Origin: Phyllobates terribilis
Lineage: Eukaryota
Assembly (NCBI RefSeq): GCF_046119375.1
Contig: NW_027362767.1
Coordinates: forward strand, 426,932,001 to 426,996,000
DNA: 64,000 bases
Reading direction: 5' to 3'
Of this stretch, positions 25,501 to 36,600 are shown in pieces. Each line of letters begins with the position of its first letter. Within the stretch, counting starts at the first letter, position 1. The notes beneath the pieces are model-generated. The model was not told the origin of the DNA, did not search any database, and was given only the letters and a program-made list of their open reading frames with translations. The translations under genes were made by a program, and so were the position numbers.

Positions 25501-28500
25501 TAGAGATGGGAATACCCTTTTAATAACCGCCAGTTTGACCTCAAAGACAACTGGTAATTTTAGAGACTAATTCTAAAGAGGGGGAAAATTTGTGTAAAGT
25601 GCAGGATAGAAGTCACATAACGGCCAGGAATAGTGTAAATCCTCAAGTACACATGTATGGATGTGAATTTCTTGTATTTCTGTATGTTGTCTTAGTCACT
25701 TTTCCTTCTTTTGGATCCGCAGACATTTATGTGATTTCCGATAATTCAACAATAAAACAAGAACCGAAACCTGAGATTAACCCTTTACCGCACAGCAAGT
25801 CACCGTCAGAAGGTTTGTTGTAGATCTCTATCTGTTCATTACTACTTTCCCAGCCATTGGCAAGTATCGGGGCTACCCCTGTGAAAAGCGCGACCCTGGG
25901 CCTGATCTCATATTAGTTTCTCCAGACTTAAATAATAAAGCGTGCGCTCCCACTCCAACGCGTTTCCTGCCCTGTCAGGAGCTATGATAGGGCAACGAAG
26001 TGTCGGGACCATAGTGAAGCGGCAGTGACGCCTCCGCATTGTCCGTATCTTCCTTTTAAGGCGAATGCCACTCCTACTGGTGGGCTTGGTTCTATAGCTG
26101 GCCAATAAGGAGAAAGGAGGTGTGGCCATCTGATAGCGCTCACCTCCCTTAAAGCCACAGACAAAGTCTGAAGCTGAGTAAAGTTACGAAGGAAAAGAGT
26201 AAAATCATATTATAAGTGATATATGACACATCTCTAGTGATTTATGACTTACAGTGGGGCTATAATTAAAGACACTGGATAGTCGCTGCATAGGAAGGGT
26301 TCATTTTCCCCTTGTAGATGGGTAAATACAGGTGATGTCACCAGCTGTGCCTGCCCCTCCAGGAAGCAGCTGTAGTCAGGAGCCACCAGTGGTCACCCGG
26401 ACATGTAGAGCCGGACAGATGGAGCCGCTGCTATAGGATATAATTACATTTGTATAATTTCATTGAATTTTTCTTCTTTTGCCTCCTCAGATGTTTATGT
26501 GATTCCTGATACTTCACCCATAAAGCAAGAACCTGAATCTGAGATGCGCCCTTTACCGCTCAGCAAGTCACCGGCAGAAGGTTTGTTGTAGAACTACATC
26601 TGGCCACTGCTAGTGTATTTTCCCGGCCATTGGCAAATATCTGGTATGATGCTGCGAAAGGAGTGACCCTTGGCCTGACCCCACTTATAGTTTCTGCAGA
26701 CTCAAATATTGAAACCTGAGCTCCCGCTCCAACGTGTTTCCTGCCCCATCAGGAGCTGAGACAAGAGCAGCAAGGTGTCCGGACCATAGTGAACCGGCAG
26801 TGATAGCTCAGCGTTGGCCGCATCTTCCTTTTAAAGCCAAAGCCACTCCTACTGGTGGGCTGGGTTCTGCAGCTGGCCAATAAAGGAGTAAGGAGGTGTG
26901 GCCATTTGATGGCTCTCCCTTCTCTTAAAGCCACAGATGCAGGAAAAAAAGAGTAAAACCAGATTATAAGCGACACATCTACAGTAATAACTTATAGTCA
27001 GATAAGACACTGGATGGTCACGCCACACCCTGCATGGGAAGTGTTAGTTTTTCCCCACGGCTTCCCTTCCAGATGTAATGACTACATTTTTCTTTTGGAT
27101 CCGCAGAGGTTTATGTGATTCCTGATACTTCACCGATAAAGCAAGAACCTGAATCGCAGATTAACCCTTTACCGGGGAGCAAGTCACCGCAACAAGGTTT
27201 GTTACATGTGAACATCTGGTATCCAGTCCCCTCAGTACTAATTAATAAAATATAATGTGTCATTAAACGGAATGTGTCATCAGAAAATGAAAACATTTTT
27301 TTTTTTTTTCAAATCATTTTTTTGTTTTATATATATATATATATATACATTATTTATTTCATTTTAAAGTTTGGCTATTTTAAATCCTAAATCCCTGGGT
27401 TTTTTTTTTCAGGAAATCCATGTGTACATTAGCAGCAGTAGACAGACCCCGACCTTATATTTTGTATTGCTGCAGCTAATGAGCATGTGCAAAGGTCATT
27501 GTGCAGGAGAGGGAGGAGGTGATCTGTGATATCATCTATTGTGAATGGTGGATCCTGTGTTATCTACTGTATATAGAGGTGTTATCAGTCATTGTACAGG
27601 AGAAGGAGGAGGTGATCTGTGATATCATCTATTGTGAATGGTGGATCCTGTGTTATCTACTGTATATAGAGGTGTTATCAGTCATTGTACAGGAGGAGGA
27701 GGAGGTGAGCTGTGATATCAACTATTGTGAATGGTGGATCCTGTGTTATCTACTGTATATAGAGGTGTTATCAGTCATTGTACAGGAGGAGGAGGTGAGC
27801 TGTGACATCAGCTATTGTGAATGGTGGATCCTGTGTTATCTACTGTATATAGAGGTGTTATCAGTCATTGTACAGGAGGAGGAGGTGAGCTGTGACATCA
27901 GCTATTGTGAATGGTGGAGCCTGTGTTATCTACTGTGTATAGAGGTGTTATCAGTCATTGTACAGGGGGAGGAGGTGAGCTGTGTTATCTTTTGTGAATG
28001 GTAGATCCTGTGTTATCTACTGTATATAGAGGTGTTATCAGTCATTGTACAGAAGGAGGAGGTGAGCTGTGATATCACCTATTATGAATAGTGGATCCTG
28101 TGTTCACACCTGTATATACAGTAGATATCAGTCGTTGTAATCCTGCCTCTGATGATATGGAAACTCCTGTAAACTCTTCCTGTAAGGACAGGATGTATGA
28201 GTCTACATATGTAGACATCATGTAGTGAAGTCCTTGAATTCTCGGACCCTGCAGATTACAGCTCAGAGGATGAGACGATGGATTGAGGCAGATTTTGCAT
28301 AGGAATATAATAGTAATTGGACTTTTTGACATCAGTTTTGGGTTTCCAGGATGCCTTCCTTATAAATATATTATTTTTCAGAATCTGCATCTATTATAAT
28401 CAATATCGATGATGATGAAGATGAAGCCTGTTATGAAAATGTGCAACAAACGCCTAAACCGGAGAAGAATGCCGCAGGTACTGAATAGTCTCCACGTCTC

Positions 28501-29797
28501 GTGTGAAGGGCAGCTGCGGAGACGGTCTGAGTGCTGATCTTACATTACTGATGTGACCTTTCTCGAATTGTTAAAGAGGTATCCCGCCATAAATGTCTGA
28601 TAGATACCGGTCCTACCACTGGGATACGTCTGTTTCTTGATGGGACGGTTCCCAGACCTCCTGTCACTCGTGCACTCGTCCGAGCCGGTATCAGTAATGT
28701 TGACGTCACCGGCTCTGCTTGCTTCCACTACAGACATGTGTGCAGTCGGAATACCCCTTTAAGTGATAACTTTTTTTTTCCACCTGTATAAACTATATAT
28801 ACATTTCTCTTTTGCAGACTGGATCATTCAGGACGTCATCACCCCAGTGCAGTCTAAAAATGCTCAGAATCAGAAGGAACCTGTCAATGTCTGGTTCGTG
28901 AAGAGCATGAAGGTTAGCAACGAAAACCAGAACCAGTCTGGGGGGAACTCCGTAAAGAGTGAGCATAAAAGTACGGAGAAGAAACCTGGGGTAAACGTGC
29001 TGAACTCGTCTGCACCCCATCCGTCTTCCCACAATGCCGCCGGCTTTCTGGAAAATCAGGCTCTGCACAACGGGCAGGCTTCCAAGTTTGGGGCTCATCC
29101 TGGTAACATGGCCGTGGGGGGCAGCTTCATGGATGAGATGGAAGAGAAGATCCAGGTTTGCTCCCAGTGTTCGATGTGCTTCACCTCACTGTCCGATCTG
29201 GAATCGCACATGAAGGGACACAAGGAGGGAAGCTCCTGGATCTGCTCCGATTGCGGGAAATCGTATTACACCAAATCGAGTCTCGATAGACACCAGATAA
29301 CACATATAAGGGAGCAACCCCTGAAGTGTCACGATTGCGGCAAAGGTTTCGCCAAGCAAATCAATTTTGAGATGCATCTGCGGCTCCACGCCGGGGAAGT
29401 GCTGTTCCCTTGCACCGAGTGCGAAAAGCTGTTTAACTCCAAGGCCGCTTGTGACCGACACATACGAGCGCACAAGATGGAGCGGCCGCACGTCTGTCCG
29501 CAGTGCGGGAAAGGCTTTCTGTACAATGGCTGCCTCATCAGGCACATCAGGGTCCACACCGGGGAGCGGCCGTTTCCTTGTCCCGAATGCGGAAGATGCT
29601 TCCGTCAGACTTCGGCTCTCAACCGTCACGTAAAGACTCATTCTGGCGAGAAGCCGTATGACTGCGCGGAGTGCGGGAAATGTTTCTCCCATCAGTCCGA
29701 TCTGAACCGACACAAGGAGACCCACAGACGAGAGCAACACTTCGCACAGTGTGCGCCAAGCAGCGAGAGCTCCTTACCCACTTACATTGTTTTATGA
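22546..29797 (+). CDS. C2H2 zinc-finger gene 2, minimal spliced model of 524 aa
   Basis: Exons 22546-22588, 23281-23376, 23840-23929, 25723-25812, 26491-26580, 27107-27196, 28382-28477 and 28818-29797; all GT-AG, all phase 1, sum 1575 nt. Seven C2H2 fingers lie in the last exon. The start exon is uncertain; the last exon is secure. Confidence 0.75.
25251..25519. mobile_element. TTAA MITE (T2-like), palindromic
   Basis: TTAA|AGGGGTAATCCCATCTC ... GAGATGGGAATACCCTT|TTAA with inverted arms. Confidence 0.75.
27495..28135. repeat. About 90-93-bp minisatellite (about 7 units) in a ZNF gene 2 intron
   Basis: Unit GTCATTGTACAGGAGGAGGAGGTGAGCTGTGA...TGTATATAGAGGTGTTATCA. Confidence 0.92.
28575..28758. 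mobile_element. Short TTAA MITE in the last intron of ZNF gene 2
   Basis: TTAA|AGAGGTATCCCG ... CGGAATACCCCT|TTAA. Confidence 0.65.
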
Positions 29798-31488
29798 GAC
29801 GCTGGCGCACCCCGACGTCGGCGCGGTGTAAATGAGTGGATTTTAATGAATTGTATATTAGACGTTTAACATTTTTAGAGACGTTATGTCTTACTGATTA
29901 GTAAGAAAACCACCAGATCTGGTGAAACTTCCCGTATAAGAGGAAGCGACCGGAAGGCGACACAGCTTAGCTGGGGGAAGGTGGCATTTCTCAATTATGC
30001 CTTGTCTAAACCATCGTTGGGCGCATGCGGTAGAGAAGTGCCGATCCACCCCATAGGACACTCTCCTGAAATGTGACCATCATGTCATTGATCTCTCCAA
30101 ATTCGCTTTTTATGCAGTTCTTGTCATATAATCATTAGACATTCTCTCGTATATTCCGTCTTGATTTTTTTTTTTTTTTTAAAACAAAACCGCATTGGAA
30201 ATGAAATAATGAGTTGATTTATTCTCCTTTATATTCTGTAGGACTGATATATTGCTGACTAAACGGACCACTAACATTATGGACGACTAGTCGTGCCTCT
30301 CTGTTGGGGCTGTAACTTTGTCGTCTAGATCGTTACAACTGCTGTAATACTTGAACCTCAAGTGATCTAATGTCAGAGCTGCTAATGTCTGCAAAAAGGA
30401 TAAAATATATGTAAATCTAATAATGCAGGAGGCAGACTAAGCGCCCCATAGAAGTGGACGCAGTCGGGGCGCGTGTAGTCTACAAGGTCTCATTCTACAG
30501 AATGAAGATATTGCATCATGTCATGTTGGTAGCCAGGGCTAAACCGGGCAACTAGGTGGCATCTGTATAAAGTAACGTGCTCTAATGGCCGATGTAAGTA
30601 ATATTAGTGTATTTTTCAGTATTGCTATTTTTCATTTTTATCAGCATTGTCTTGTAGCCAGGACTTTGCCGTTAGATTTCCAGTTTTCCCGTTTCCGAAA
30701 GTCAGAAGTAAAATAATGTTGAAAAGCAAAGTGCACAAAATCCGATGAAGATGCACATTATTGTTCTCTTATCTTCCACTCTTCAGCTGGATGAATTAGA
30801 TCTGATTATGTACCAAAATTTAGCTTAGACCCCCGGGAGGGGAAGTTTGGGGCAATGTTTCCAAGAATAAGGATATGCAGACAGACGTGTATACAGCACA
30901 TGTCTCAGAGCCTCTTACACGGCCCGATAATCCTAAAAGAAAAGGTCACTCTCATCTACTAGTCACTAATCGTAGGTTTTAAATAGATTTTTATTATTTT
31001 TTTTTTTTTTAAAACGTGTAACTTGTTCTTAGGTAAGAACATCTCTATCCTACCGGCGTCACTAGATGGCACGTCAACTATTTGTAGAACAGTCCCGCGC
31101 TGGGACAAGTTTTCGACAAATAAACCTGACTTATCATTTATTATATATCTGGAAAGTCCTATTTTCTCAAAGTGAATAATTCAGTAGCTGTAAAAATGCC
31201 ACTTTGTAAAAAAAACGATTTGTAAAAAAATAAATGCATAAAACGTCAGGTTTGTGTCTAAAAGTCAGAAGCAAGCAGCCTGAGACCCCTTACATCTCGT
31301 ACAAATAACAGTATAAGATGCTTGCCACAAATGCTTATTTCTCCTATTCAATCCCAGTATCCCATATGAGATGTGCAACTTGTTCATATTCTTGCTTTGT
31401 AGTAAAAATAATAAAGAACCCTCCCTTAGTGTGACAAAGGACACACAGACTCTCTGACTGGCAAAGGGGGTGATGACATGAAGAAAAG

Positions 31489-32687
31489 TGTAGTGCCGGC
31501 GTCCCTGCCCTCTGTTAGGCAGGGACGCTGCTCCCCTCACCGCTCTGCCCCGTGCCCGGCGTCCCTCTCCCGCTCTGCTGTCAGCGCGCGCTCCTTCCCG
31601 GCGTCCTCCTCCCGCTCTGCTCTCAGCGCGCGCTCCTTCCCGGCCCCTGTGCTTAGGGCGCGCGCGCGCGCGCTCCCCTCCTCTTAAAGGGGCCGCGCGC
31701 GCCGTCCTAAGGAGTCCCCAGCCAATGGCCGGAGGACTTCATCATATATAAGGCACCTCCTCCAAAATGGAGGTGCCCGAGCAATGTTGTTTGCACCTGT
31801 GTCTCACCTGTGCTTCAGCCCTCAGGTCCCGTTGCCAGTTACCTGCCAGTTACCTGTCAGATTCCTGCCTGATTACTTGCTACCTGTCTGCTAGCCTGAG
31901 GTCCGACGGTCTGCCTTACTACTCCTGTCAGTCTGTCTAAGGACCAGCCTGCCCGCTCACCTGGGAGCGCACCTCAGCTACCTGCCTGCTTGCCTGAGGT
32001 CCGACGGTCTGCCTTACAACTCCGGTCAGTCTGTCTATGGACCAGCTTGCCCGCTCACCTGGGAGCGCTTCTCCGTTACCTGCCTGCTTGCCAGCCCGGA
32101 GGCTCCGCTGTCACGTGCTGTGACCACCAGCTACTCCAGACTCTTGCCCGCTCACCTGGGAGCGCTTCTCCGCTACCTGCCTGCTTGCCTGCCCGGAGGC
32201 TCCGCAGTCACGTGCTGTGACCACCAGCTACTCCAGACTCTTGCCCGCTCACCTGGGAGCGCTTCTCCGCTACCTGCCTGCTTGCCTGCCCGAAGGCTCC
32301 GCTGTCACGTGCTGTGACCACCAGCTATTCCTGAGACTCTTGCCCGCTCACCTGGGAGCGCTTCTCCGTTACCTGCCTGCTTGCCTACCTGGAGGCTCCG
32401 CCGTCACGTGCTGTGACCACCTGCTATTCCAGAGACTCTCGCTTGCTCACCTGGGAGCACACATTCTTCATCTGCCTTGCTAGCCTACCTGGAGGTTCAG
32501 CCATCACAGGTCGTACCTACCCTTTATCCAGAGACTGCCCCGATCACTTGCCGTGTCCTCCTACCCGTACACCCAGAGACTGTCCTGGTCACCTCCTGTG
32601 ACTACCTGCCTGGTCGCCACCCGCTCCTTTACAAGGACCGCCCCCTTGTATTGTAGCCCAGAGGTTCCGCCTCCCAGACCCGTTACA
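31489..32687 (+). repeat. 5' LTR (1199 bp) with TATA box and an internal array of about 97-bp units
   Basis: TGTAGTGCC...CGTTACA; CCAAT near 31721, TATATAA at 31745-31751; four units of 97-99 bp from 32046. Confidence 0.95.
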
Positions 32688-32700
32688 GTTTGCTCGGGCC

Positions 32701-33651
32701 ATGGAACCCGGTGGCACCCAAGCTCCCTCGCTCTCGGACCTCTGTCTTGAACTGTCCCGTCAGAGGTCCCAACAGGAGTCCATCCTGCGTCACCTGCGGA
32801 ATGTCAATACTCGCCTGAACACTCTGTCTGATCCACCAACAACCTCCGCCAGTGCCATATCTTGCAATCCGGCAGCTCCGCTGCCCACTAATACCATGGT
32901 ATCCTACCCCGGACCCCGGCTTTCTGCACCTCCTCGCTTCGGAGGCGACTCCGTCCAGGCTCGGGGCTTCTTAAATCAGTGCACCCTGCACTTTGAACTT
33001 TTGTCCCACCAGTTTAACTCCGACCGGGCCAAAATTGCCTTCATCATGTCCCATCTCATCGGGGAGGCCCTGGCCTGGCTAAATCCTCTATGGGAGAGAG
33101 GAGACCCCCTGGTGTCCAACTTGCCTGCTTTTCTCACGGCTTTCCGGAAAGTCTTCGACGAACCCGGACGGAAGACCTCATCTGCATCATCGTTGCTACG
33201 CCTCCGTCAGGAGAGTCTCACCGTGGGCCAATATGCCATACGGTTCCGTACCCTTGCCTCGGAGCTGGCCTGGGATAACGACGCTCTGGTTTCCGTCTTC
33301 TGGGAGGGTCTGTCCGGCCGTATTAAAGATGAACTTGCCGGTCGGGACATTCCTACCACTCTCGATGACTTAATAACTCTTGCCACCCGGATTGACCTAC
33401 GGTTCCAGGAGCGTGCCAGAGAGGTCACCCGTGAGAGGAGGTTACCACGTCTAGCTCCTACTTTTCAGAAACCCGTCACTCCTTCTGTCTCTAACCAGGT
33501 ACACCCTCCTGAGCCTATGCAGGTCGACCAGACCAAGATGGTCAAGACCCGTCAGGACTTACGCCGTGCCGAGGGGACCTGCTTCTACTGTGGCAGTAAG
33601 GAGCACCGGATCCGTGCCTGCCCGGAGAGGTCGGGAAACGCCTGTGTCTAG
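32701..33651 (+). CDS. Gag (316 aa) with CCHC zinc knuckle
   Basis: PEG10/Sushi-like capsid region (RGFLNQCTLHF...LRLRQ...QYAIRFRTLASELAWD), PEPMQVD motif and CFYCGSKEHRIRAC. Confidence 0.95.
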   Translation: MEPGGTQAPSLSDLCLELSRQRSQQESILRHLRNVNTRLNTLSDPPTTSASAISCNPAAPLPTNTMVSYPGPRLSAPPRFGGDSVQARGFLNQCTLHFELLSHQFNSDRAKIAFIMSHLIGEALAWLNPLWERGDPLVSNLPAFLTAFRKVFDEPGRKTSSASSLLRLRQESLTVGQYAIRFRTLASELAWDNDALVSVFWEGLSGRIKDELAGRDIPTTLDDLITLATRIDLRFQERAREVTRERRLPRLAPTFQKPVTPSVSNQVHPPEPMQVDQTKMVKTRQDLRRAEGTCFYCGSKEHRIRACPERSGNACV

Positions 33652-33693
33652 GTTCGCTCAGAGAGGTCCACCTAGACAAGAATAAATCCTCTC
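33633..33693 (+). promoter_or_regulatory. -1 ribosomal frameshift signal: G GGA AAC plus H-type pseudoknot
   Basis: Heptamer 33633-33639 is phased to gag codons; 5-nt spacer; stem 1 TGTCTAGGT (33645-33653)/ACCTAGACA (33670-33678); stem 2 GAGAGG (33661-33666)/CCTCTC (33688-33693). Confidence 0.85.
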
Positions 33694-36600
33694 CATCCCT
33701 GCTGTTGTCAGTTTCAATCGTCTACGGGGAGAACCGTTATTTCGAACTAGCCCAACTGGACTCTGGAGCAGCCGGGAATCTTATTTCACAGTCCCTGGTA
33801 GAGAAATACCGCATCCCCACCAAACCTCTGGCTGTACCCTTGTCTGTGGCTGCCGTGGATGGGGGGCTCTTACCACGCCCCATCCAACTCATCACCGAAT
33901 CCATTACTCTGCAGGTGGGAATGCTGCATTCTGAAAGTATCTCCTTTCATGTTCTGCCTGGACTCTCTCACGCCCTCTTGCTAGGTCTGCCTTGGCTCCA
34001 GAAACATGCACCCGTGCTTGACTGGCAAACCGGAGAAGTCCTTCGCTGGGGACAAGACTGTCATAAGACCTGCCTGGTTCCCGTCCATCCCGTCCGTCCC
34101 TCTCCTACCCCAGCTAATCTACCTGGACTTCCAATTCCTTATTGGTCTTATGCTGATGTCTTTAATAAAAAGGAGGCAGAGACATTACCCCCTCATAGAC
34201 CATACGACTGTCCCATCGACCTGTTACCCGGTACTACTCCTCCCCGTGGGCGTATTTATCCTTTATCCGCTGCTGAGACCCGGTCGATGTCCGAATATAT
34301 TGAGGAGAATCTGGCCAGGGGATTCATCCGGAAATCTACCTCCCCGGCGGGAGCAGGCTTCTTTTTCGTCAAAAAGAAGGACGGCTCTCTCCGTCCCTGT
34401 ATAGACTATAGAGGCCTAAACCAGATCACGGTGAAGAATAAGTACCCCCTTCCGCTCATTCCAGAATTATTTGATCGTCTGAGGGGGGCTAGAATCTTCA
34501 CCAAACTAGACCTCCGTGGGGCGTACAACCTGGTTCGTATCCGTCAAGGGGATGAATGGAAGACGGCATTCAACACCCGGGACGGCCACTATGAATACCT
34601 GGTAATGCCCTTTGGTCTCTGTAACGCTCCTGCCGTCTTTCAAGAGTTGGTCAATGACATCTTCCGGGACCTTCTCTACTCCTGCGTAGTGGTGTACCTG
34701 GACGACATCTTGGTCTTCTCTCCGGATCTCCAGACTCACCGGAGGGACGTTCGTCAGGTCCTGCTCAGGCTCAGGCAGAATCACCTCTTCGCTAAATACG
34801 AGAAGTGCCTCTTTGAGCAGACCTCGCTTCCGTTTTTGGGCTACATTATTTCTCAGACCGGCCTACGAATGGATCCAGAGAAACTGTCTGCCATCGAGAA
34901 ATGGCCCCGACCGGAGGGGTTGAAGGCCATTCAGCGGTTCCTGGGCTTCGCCAACTACTACCGCCTCTTCATACCACACTTCTCTTCCCGGACTGCCCCA
35001 ATTTCCGCGCTCACCCGTAAGGGTACTAATCCCAAAGAGTGGCCGCCCGAAGCAGAAGAAGCCTTTCTTTCCTTAAAACAGGCCTTCTCTTCCGCCCCGG
35101 TGCTGCATCGCCCGGACGGCAACAAGCAGTTCTTCCTGGAAGTGGACGCCTCCTCCTCTGGAGCTGGAGCGGTACTTACTCAAAAATCTTCTTCCGGGAG
35201 GATGGTAACTTGCGGCTTCTTCTCTAAACTCTTCTCCTCCTCAGAGCGCAATTATTCCATAGGAGATCGAGAGTTATTGGCCATCAAACTGGCATTGGAG
35301 GAGTGGCGTTACCTGCTTGAGGGGGCTCTTCACCCGGTAATAATTTACACTGACCACAAGAACTTGGCTTACCTCCAGCATGCCCAGAGACTTAACCCGC
35401 GCCAAGCCCGGTGGTCCTTGTTTTTTGCTCGTTTTGATTTTGTCCTTCATTTTCGCCCGGCTGACAAAAACGTCAAGGCGGACGCCTTGTCTCGATCCTT
35501 TCTGGTATCTGATCTCGAGGAAGATCCGAAACACATCATCGATCCCGCCAGAGTAATGCAGGTGGCTCCCGTGAGTCTAAATCGTCTCCCTCCCGGAAAG
35601 ACGTTCGTATCAGTACCTGATCGGGAGAAGATCCTTCACTGGGGTCACTCGTCTAAACTGGCTGGCCACGCTGGTCAGAAGAAGACCCTCCAGCTTATTT
35701 CCCGGCACTACTGGTGGCCTACCCTGCACAAGGATGTAATAGACTTTGTTTCTGCCTGTGTGTCCTGCGCCCGCAACAAGGTTCCGAGACATCTGCCAGC
35801 CGGTCGCCTCCTTCCGCTCCCAGTACCTGCTGCCCCCTGGCAGCATATTGCAATGGACTTCATAACTGACCTCCCACTCTCTGCCGGTTGTACGGTCATT
35901 TGGGTGGTCGCTGACCGCTTCTCCAAGATGGCTCATTTCGTTCCCCTGCCAGGCCTTCCGTCTGCACCCGAGCTAGCTAGAGACTTTATTCGTCACATCT
36001 TCCGTCTTCATGGCCTGCCCCTCCACATCGTGTCGGATCGTGGGGTACAGTTCACCTCACGCTTCTGGAGAGCCACTTGTAAACTACTAGACGTCACCCT
36101 GGACTTCTCTTCCGCTTACCACCCACAGTCCAATGGTCAAGTGGAGCGGATCAATCAGAACCTGACCAGTTACCTCCGGCACTTCGTTAATGCCCACCAT
36201 TCTGACTGGGTGGATCTCCTACCATGGGCCGAGTTCTCTTACAATAATCACGAGAGCGAATCCTCCTCCAAATCCCCGTTTTTTGTAGTCTTTGGTCAGC
36301 ATCCTCGGATTCCTTTTCCTGTCTCCACCTCGGTGGACAACCCGGCTGCGGAATCTCTCGTTAGCAAATTTTCCTCCATTTGGGAGAGTACCCGATCCGC
36401 ACTCCTTCAGTCGTCCGAGCGGATGAAAAGACACGCTGACAAAAAACGCCTGGATCCTCCTCAATTTCGTCCAGGAGATAAGGTCTGGCTCTCATCTAAA
36501 TATGTTCGACTCAAGATACCCTCTTACAAGTTAGGGCCTCGGTTCATCGGACCTCTGGAGGTCACCAGTCAGATCAACCCGGTGGCCTATAAATTGAAAC

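Noticed and set aside
27501-28004. 167-aa ORF
   Set aside because: It is a translation of the 90-93-bp minisatellite; intronic, with no recognisable domain.
29186-29740. 184-aa antisense ORF (also 182-421 and 950-1300)
   Set aside because: These are shadow frames opposite zinc-finger codons.
32688-32705. tRNA primer-binding site
   Set aside because: No TGG start and no recognisable tRNA 3' complement; self-complementarity to the transcript 5' end explains the sequence.
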